Assembly: GCA_964531505.1 (NCBI GenBank)
Contig: CAZHDT010000004.1
Location: 1-40,206 of the forward strand
Origin: an uncultured Gammaproteobacteria bacterium
Lineage (GTDB): Bacteria; Patescibacteriota; Patescibacteriia; UBA2591; UBA6264
Length of the DNA: 40,206 nucleotides
Direction: 5' to 3'
The position numbers and the translations under genes are program-made. Below are positions 36,770-40,206 of the stretch, piece by piece; positions within the stretch are counted from its first letter, which is position 1, and every line of letters starts with the position of its first letter. The notes below the pieces were generated by a model. It worked only from the letters and a program-made list of their open reading frames with translations. It did not search any database and was not told the DNA's origin.

Positions 36770-37423
36770 TTATTGATTACTAAAATATTCTTGAACTTTT
36801 TCAATTCCTTTTAAATCAAGGACCAAATGATTATATTTTAAACAATCTAGAATATTCAAATTTGTCACCGGCAAAATTTTTAAATTTTCAATATTTCTCG
36901 CTGAAGAAATAAGGTTTAAATCTTTTTCAACTAAACTAAAAATAACTTTTTTATTTTCTTTTCCTTTGGAATAATCTGGGATAATCTTATTTAAAATTTG
37001 GTAAAAAGCTTTAGTTTTAATTTCAGCCATATCTATCTTATCTATAATATATAATTGATTTTGTTTTACTATTTCAGAAAAACACATTAAAAGAACCTTC
37101 CTTTTTAATTTTTTATTTATTTTTTGAGAATAATTTCTATCTTTACTCGGACCAAAAATTATTCCTCCTCCCCGCCAAAGTGGAGAACGAGTAGAACCGG
37201 CCCTTGCCCGCCCACTTCCTTTCTGACGCCAAGGTTTTTTCCCTCCTCCTCTTACTTCAGATCTATTTTTAGCATGAGCAAAATTGTGGCGCTGGTTAGC
37301 TAAAAGAGAAACCACGACTTGATGAATTACTTCCTCTTTTGCTTCCAAACCGAAAATTTCAGGATTTAAATCTTGCTCTCCAACTTTTTCTCCTTTTTGA
37401 TTATAAACCGGAACCTTTAACAT
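36770..37423 (-). CDS. rplD: 50S ribosomal protein L4
   Basis: RSEVRGGGKKPWRQKGSGRARAGS. Confidence 0.98.
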   Translation of the reverse strand: MLKVPVYNQKGEKVGEQDLNPEIFGLEAKEEVIHQVVVSLLANQRHNFAHAKNRSEVRGGGKKPWRQKGSGRARAGSTRSPLWRGGGIIFGPSKDRNYSQKINKKLKRKVLLMCFSEIVKQNQLYIIDKIDMAEIKTKAFYQILNKIIPDYSKGKENKKVIFSLVEKDLNLISSARNIENLKILPVTNLNILDCLKYNHLVLDLKGIEKVQEYFSNQ

Positions 37424-37427
37424 ATTT

Positions 37428-38045
37428 TTAATTAACTTTTAAAATTTCTAAAAAAGAATTTCTTGCTCCGGGCACCGCGCCTTTAACTAATAAAATATTT
37501 TCTTTCGGTAAAATTCCAATAACTTCTAAATTATTAACTGTCACTCGATTTCCGCCCATGCGGCCGCCCATTTTCACACCTTTAAAAACTTTAGCCGGAC
37601 CAGTAGCGCCAATTGAACCAGGCATCCTTAACTGATCTTTGTGTCCATGAGTGGCAGGAGAACCGTGAAAACCGTGTCTTTTGACCACCCCTTGAAAACC
37701 TCTTCCTTTTGACCAACCCCTTACTTTAATTTTATCGCCAGGTTTAAAAATATCAACGGTAATTTTTTCTCCCAATTGATATTCTTTTTCTTCTTTTTCT
37801 ATTAAAAATTCTCTTAAAAAGTAATTAAAATCTTTTTCAGATTCTGTCTTTTTTAAATGACCAATTAGGGGTTTATTTTTTAAATTCTTTTTTCCAAAGC
37901 CAAGTTGAACCGCTCGATAGCCGTCTTTTTCTTTATTTTTAACTTGGGTAATCAAACATGGTCCCGCTAAAATTTTAGTAACCGGAACCACTTTGTTATC
38001 CTGAAAAATCTGGGTCATTTCAATTTTTTTTCCTAAAATAAACAT
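37428..38045 (-). CDS. rplC: 50S ribosomal protein L3
   Basis: LGKKIEMTQ, KGRGFQG, KGAVPG; ATG start at 38045. Confidence 0.97.
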   Translation of the reverse strand: MFILGKKIEMTQIFQDNKVVPVTKILAGPCLITQVKNKEKDGYRAVQLGFGKKNLKNKPLIGHLKKTESEKDFNYFLREFLIEKEEKEYQLGEKITVDIFKPGDKIKVRGWSKGRGFQGVVKRHGFHGSPATHGHKDQLRMPGSIGATGPAKVFKGVKMGGRMGGNRVTVNNLEVIGILPKENILLVKGAVPGARNSFLEILKVN

Positions 38046-38055
38046 AAAGTGAATG

Positions 38056-38106
38056 GACAAAAAAACCGGATTAAAGGCCAAAGTTTGCCGGCCTTAATTC
38101 CGGTTT
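38056..38106 (-). terminator. Attenuator/terminator-like hairpin plus U7 between rpsJ and rplC
   Basis: Minus strand AAACCGGA-ATT-AAGGCC...GGCCTT-TAA-TCCGGTTTTTTTGTC. Confidence 0.6.
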
Positions 38107-38221
38107 CAAATAGCCTATATAATTGTTGTTTTTAGAGAAGTTTAACCTCAAAAAACAAGAAATAAGATTGATTAAATGATAACCAAAGGTTCACTTTTAA
38201 TCTTTCTTTTTCTTTTTAAGA

Positions 38222-38578
38222 TTACATTTTTATTTCTACGTCTATTCCAGCCGGAAGATTAAGACTGGTTAAAGTTTCCATAGTTTTTTGGCTAAAATTA
38301 ACAATATCCAATAATCGTTTATGAACCCTTTTTTCAAATTGATCGCGGGAATCCTTATGGACAAAGGATGACCTCAAAACTGTATATTTCCTTTTTTCAG
38401 TCGGAAGAAAAACGGGTCCGATTACTTCCGCTCCAGTTCTGGAAACGGCTTCAATAATTCCCTTTATGGCCTCATCAATAATCCTATGGTCATATGATTT
38501 GACCTTAATTCTAATCCTCGGCTGATTTTTAGCCTCTTGTTTTTCAGATTGTTTTTTCTGAACTATTTTGTCTGCCAT
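38222..38578 (-). CDS. rpsJ: 30S ribosomal protein S10
   Basis: RIRIKVKSYDH, GPVFLPT, HKDSRDQFE; ATG start at 38578. Confidence 0.97.
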   Translation of the reverse strand: MADKIVQKKQSEKQEAKNQPRIRIKVKSYDHRIIDEAIKGIIEAVSRTGAEVIGPVFLPTEKRKYTVLRSSFVHKDSRDQFEKRVHKRLLDIVNFSQKTMETLTSLNLPAGIDVEIKM

Positions 38579-38643
38579 TGTCAAAAAAATAAATCCAATT
38601 ATAAGAACTTGCGCTTTTAAAAAACGTGTCAAATTAATATAGG

Positions 38644-38679
38644 AAGCAATGGCGCAAGTTTCTACTTGCGCCATTGCTT
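38644..38679. other. Perfect 16-bp stem-loop immediately 3' of tuf
   Basis: AAGCAATGGCGCAAGT-TTCT-ACTTGCGCCATTGCTT; no long U-tract. Confidence 0.7.
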
Positions 38680-38686
38680 AAACAAA

Positions 38687-39892
38687 TTATTTAACAATTT
38701 TTGTAACTACCCCGGAAGCAACTGTTCTTCCCCCTTCTCTAATAGCAAACCTTTGTTGTTCTTCCAGAGCGATTTCTTTATATAATTTTACCTTGAAAAT
38801 TAATGTATCGCCCGGCATAGCCATCTCTGTTCCTTCTGGTAAGGTTACTTCACCAGTAACATCAGTCGTTCTAATGTAAAACTGGGGTTTATAACCATTG
38901 AAAAATGGGGTATGACGACCACCTTCTTCTTTAGAAAGAATATAAACCTGGCTTTCAAATTCAGTATGAGGATGAACCGTTCCCGGTTTAACAAGAACCT
39001 GTCCTCTTTCCACATCGTCCTTTTTAGTTCCCCGCAAAAGAACACCAGCATTATCTCCAGCTCTTCCTTCGTCTAAAGATTTTCTAAACATTTCAATTCC
39101 GGTAACCACTGTTTTTTGAGTTGGTCTTAAACCGACGATTTCTATTTCTTCGTTTATTTTAATAACCCCTCTTTCAATTCTTCCAGTAACCACGGTGCCT
39201 CTGCCTTCAATGGTAAAAATATCTTCAATCGGCATTAAGAAAGGTTTATCAGTATCTCTTTTGGGCTCAGGAATATAATTATCAAGACTATCCATTAATT
39301 TTAAAATTTGACCGCAGTGAGGACAATCTGCTTTTCCACAGCCACATTCCAAAGCTTTTAAAGCTGACCCTTCAATAATAGGAACTTCATCGCCTGGAAA
39401 TTCATATTTCTTTAATAAATCTTTAATTTCTTCTTTAACTAAATCAATTAATTCTTTATCATCTACTTGGTCAACTTTATTTAAAAAGACAACTATCGCT
39501 GGTACACCAACCTGACGAGCTAAAAGAAGATGTTCTCTGGTTTGGGGCATTGCTCCATCAGCGGCGGAAATAACTAAAATTGCGCCGTCCATTTGAGCCG
39601 CACCAGTAATCATATTTTTAATATAATCCGCATGACCCGGACAATCAATGTGAGCATAATGACGCTTATTGGTTTCATATTCTACGTGAGCCAAAGCAAT
39701 AGTAATACCTCTCGCTTTTTCTTCAGGGGCATTATCAATTTGATCAACGGATTTCTCTTCAACTTTTTGTCCCGACCCTTTTAAACATTTTAAAATAGCG
39801 GCGGTTAAAGTAGTTTTCCCATGATCAACATGACCGATAGTTCCCACATTAACATGGGTCTTACTTCGTTCAAATTTTTCTTTTTCTGCCAT
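38687..39892 (-). CDS. tuf: Elongation factor Tu
   Basis: [25 protein letters not shown]. Confidence 0.99.
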   Translation of the reverse strand: MAEKEKFERSKTHVNVGTIGHVDHGKTTLTAAILKCLKGSGQKVEEKSVDQIDNAPEEKARGITIALAHVEYETNKRHYAHIDCPGHADYIKNMITGAAQMDGAILVISAADGAMPQTREHLLLARQVGVPAIVVFLNKVDQVDDKELIDLVKEEIKDLLKKYEFPGDEVPIIEGSALKALECGCGKADCPHCGQILKLMDSLDNYIPEPKRDTDKPFLMPIEDIFTIEGRGTVVTGRIERGVIKINEEIEIVGLRPTQKTVVTGIEMFRKSLDEGRAGDNAGVLLRGTKKDDVERGQVLVKPGTVHPHTEFESQVYILSKEEGGRHTPFFNGYKPQFYIRTTDVTGEVTLPEGTEMAMPGDTLIFKVKLYKEIALEEQQRFAIREGGRTVASGVVTKIVK

Positions 39893-40003
39893 ATTAATTA
39901 CCTCATTTTAATCACTCTTTTAATTAAATTTTTAAAGGGTGAAATTTAATTTTTAAAATTTAATATTTAACTTTTAGATTTTAATAATAACGACTGTATA
40001 AAC

Positions 40004-40031
40004 AGTATAACAAATTTATTTTCTTTGGCAA
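40004..40031 (-). promoter_or_regulatory. Putative tuf promoter
   Basis: Minus strand TTGCCA (40031-40026), 16 nt, TGn-TATACT (40009-40004). Confidence 0.45.
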
Positions 40032-40051
40032 GATATTTTTCCACAAGGAAA

Positions 40052-40206
40052 TTATTTTTCTAATTCTTCATCCGTATAAACCGCGGAAAAATCTATTTTC
40101 TGGTAATTAAAAATTTCATCTTGACTGAAAAAACGCCAAATTTCTTTTTCAGCATTTTCTAAAGAATCAGAAGCATGAATAATAGTTTGTTGTTGGCTCA
40201 TACAAT
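40052..40206 (-). CDS. ndk: Nucleoside diphosphate kinase, 3' end (partial; not in ORF track)
   Basis: Manual translation ...CMSQQQTIIHASDSLENAEKEIWRFFSQDEIFNYQK...* contains the catalytic HxSDS motif. Confidence 0.85.
   Translation of the reverse strand, partial: CMSQQQTIIHASDSLENAEKEIWRFFSQDEIFNYQKIDFSAVYTDEELEK

Noticed and set aside
38134-38150. GAGAAGTTTAACCTC, resembling a degenerate GAGGTTTAACCTC palindrome (similar fragment near 2082)
   Set aside because: Too short and mismatched to support without a genome-wide count.
38598-38632. TTGACA and TATAAT on the minus strand upstream of rpsJ
   Set aside because: Spacing is 23 nt, incompatible with a sigma70 promoter.
13153-39784. Remaining short ORFs nested in rpoC, rpoB, the ATPase, wecA, map, ribosomal-protein genes and tuf
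   Set aside because: Largely or entirely overlapping conserved genes; no independent evidence.

Overview
AT-rich bacterial chromosomal window, very probably Patescibacteria/CPR (Parcubacteria-like). Supporting signs are: no rpmD (L30) between rpsE and rplO, a shortened AlaRS, a soluble VirD4/HerA-like ATPase with a CxxC-x17-CxxC tail, and few Shine-Dalgarno sites. TGA is used as a stop, so this is not a code-25 lineage. Bases ~6.0-40.2 kb are a minus-strand housekeeping block: ndk (partial), tuf, S10/spc ribosomal proteins, secY, adk, map, ruvX, a wecA-like gene, the VirD4-like ATPase, a flippase, alaS, scpAB, tRNA-Arg(CCG), murE, rpoBC, ftsK, a rodZ-like gene and recA. Bases 1-6.0 kb are a plus-strand accessory block: a frameshifted AbiEi-type antitoxin with a perfect 23-bp inverted-repeat operator, a MerR-type HTH-HATPase plus STAS-like (DUF4325-type) pair, REP-like palindromes, a CapD-like dehydratase, hicB-hicA and wzz. 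The best candidate for an undescribed system is the HTH-kinase/STAS pair. Its near-leaderless consensus promoter is overlaid by three direct repeats at exactly 20-bp periodicity plus an inverted fourth copy. A second notable signal is an identical 12-mer (GGUUUUUUUGUC) closing terminator-like hairpins in the leaders of both rpoB and rplC. All calls come from motif recognition by eye; no database searches were run.
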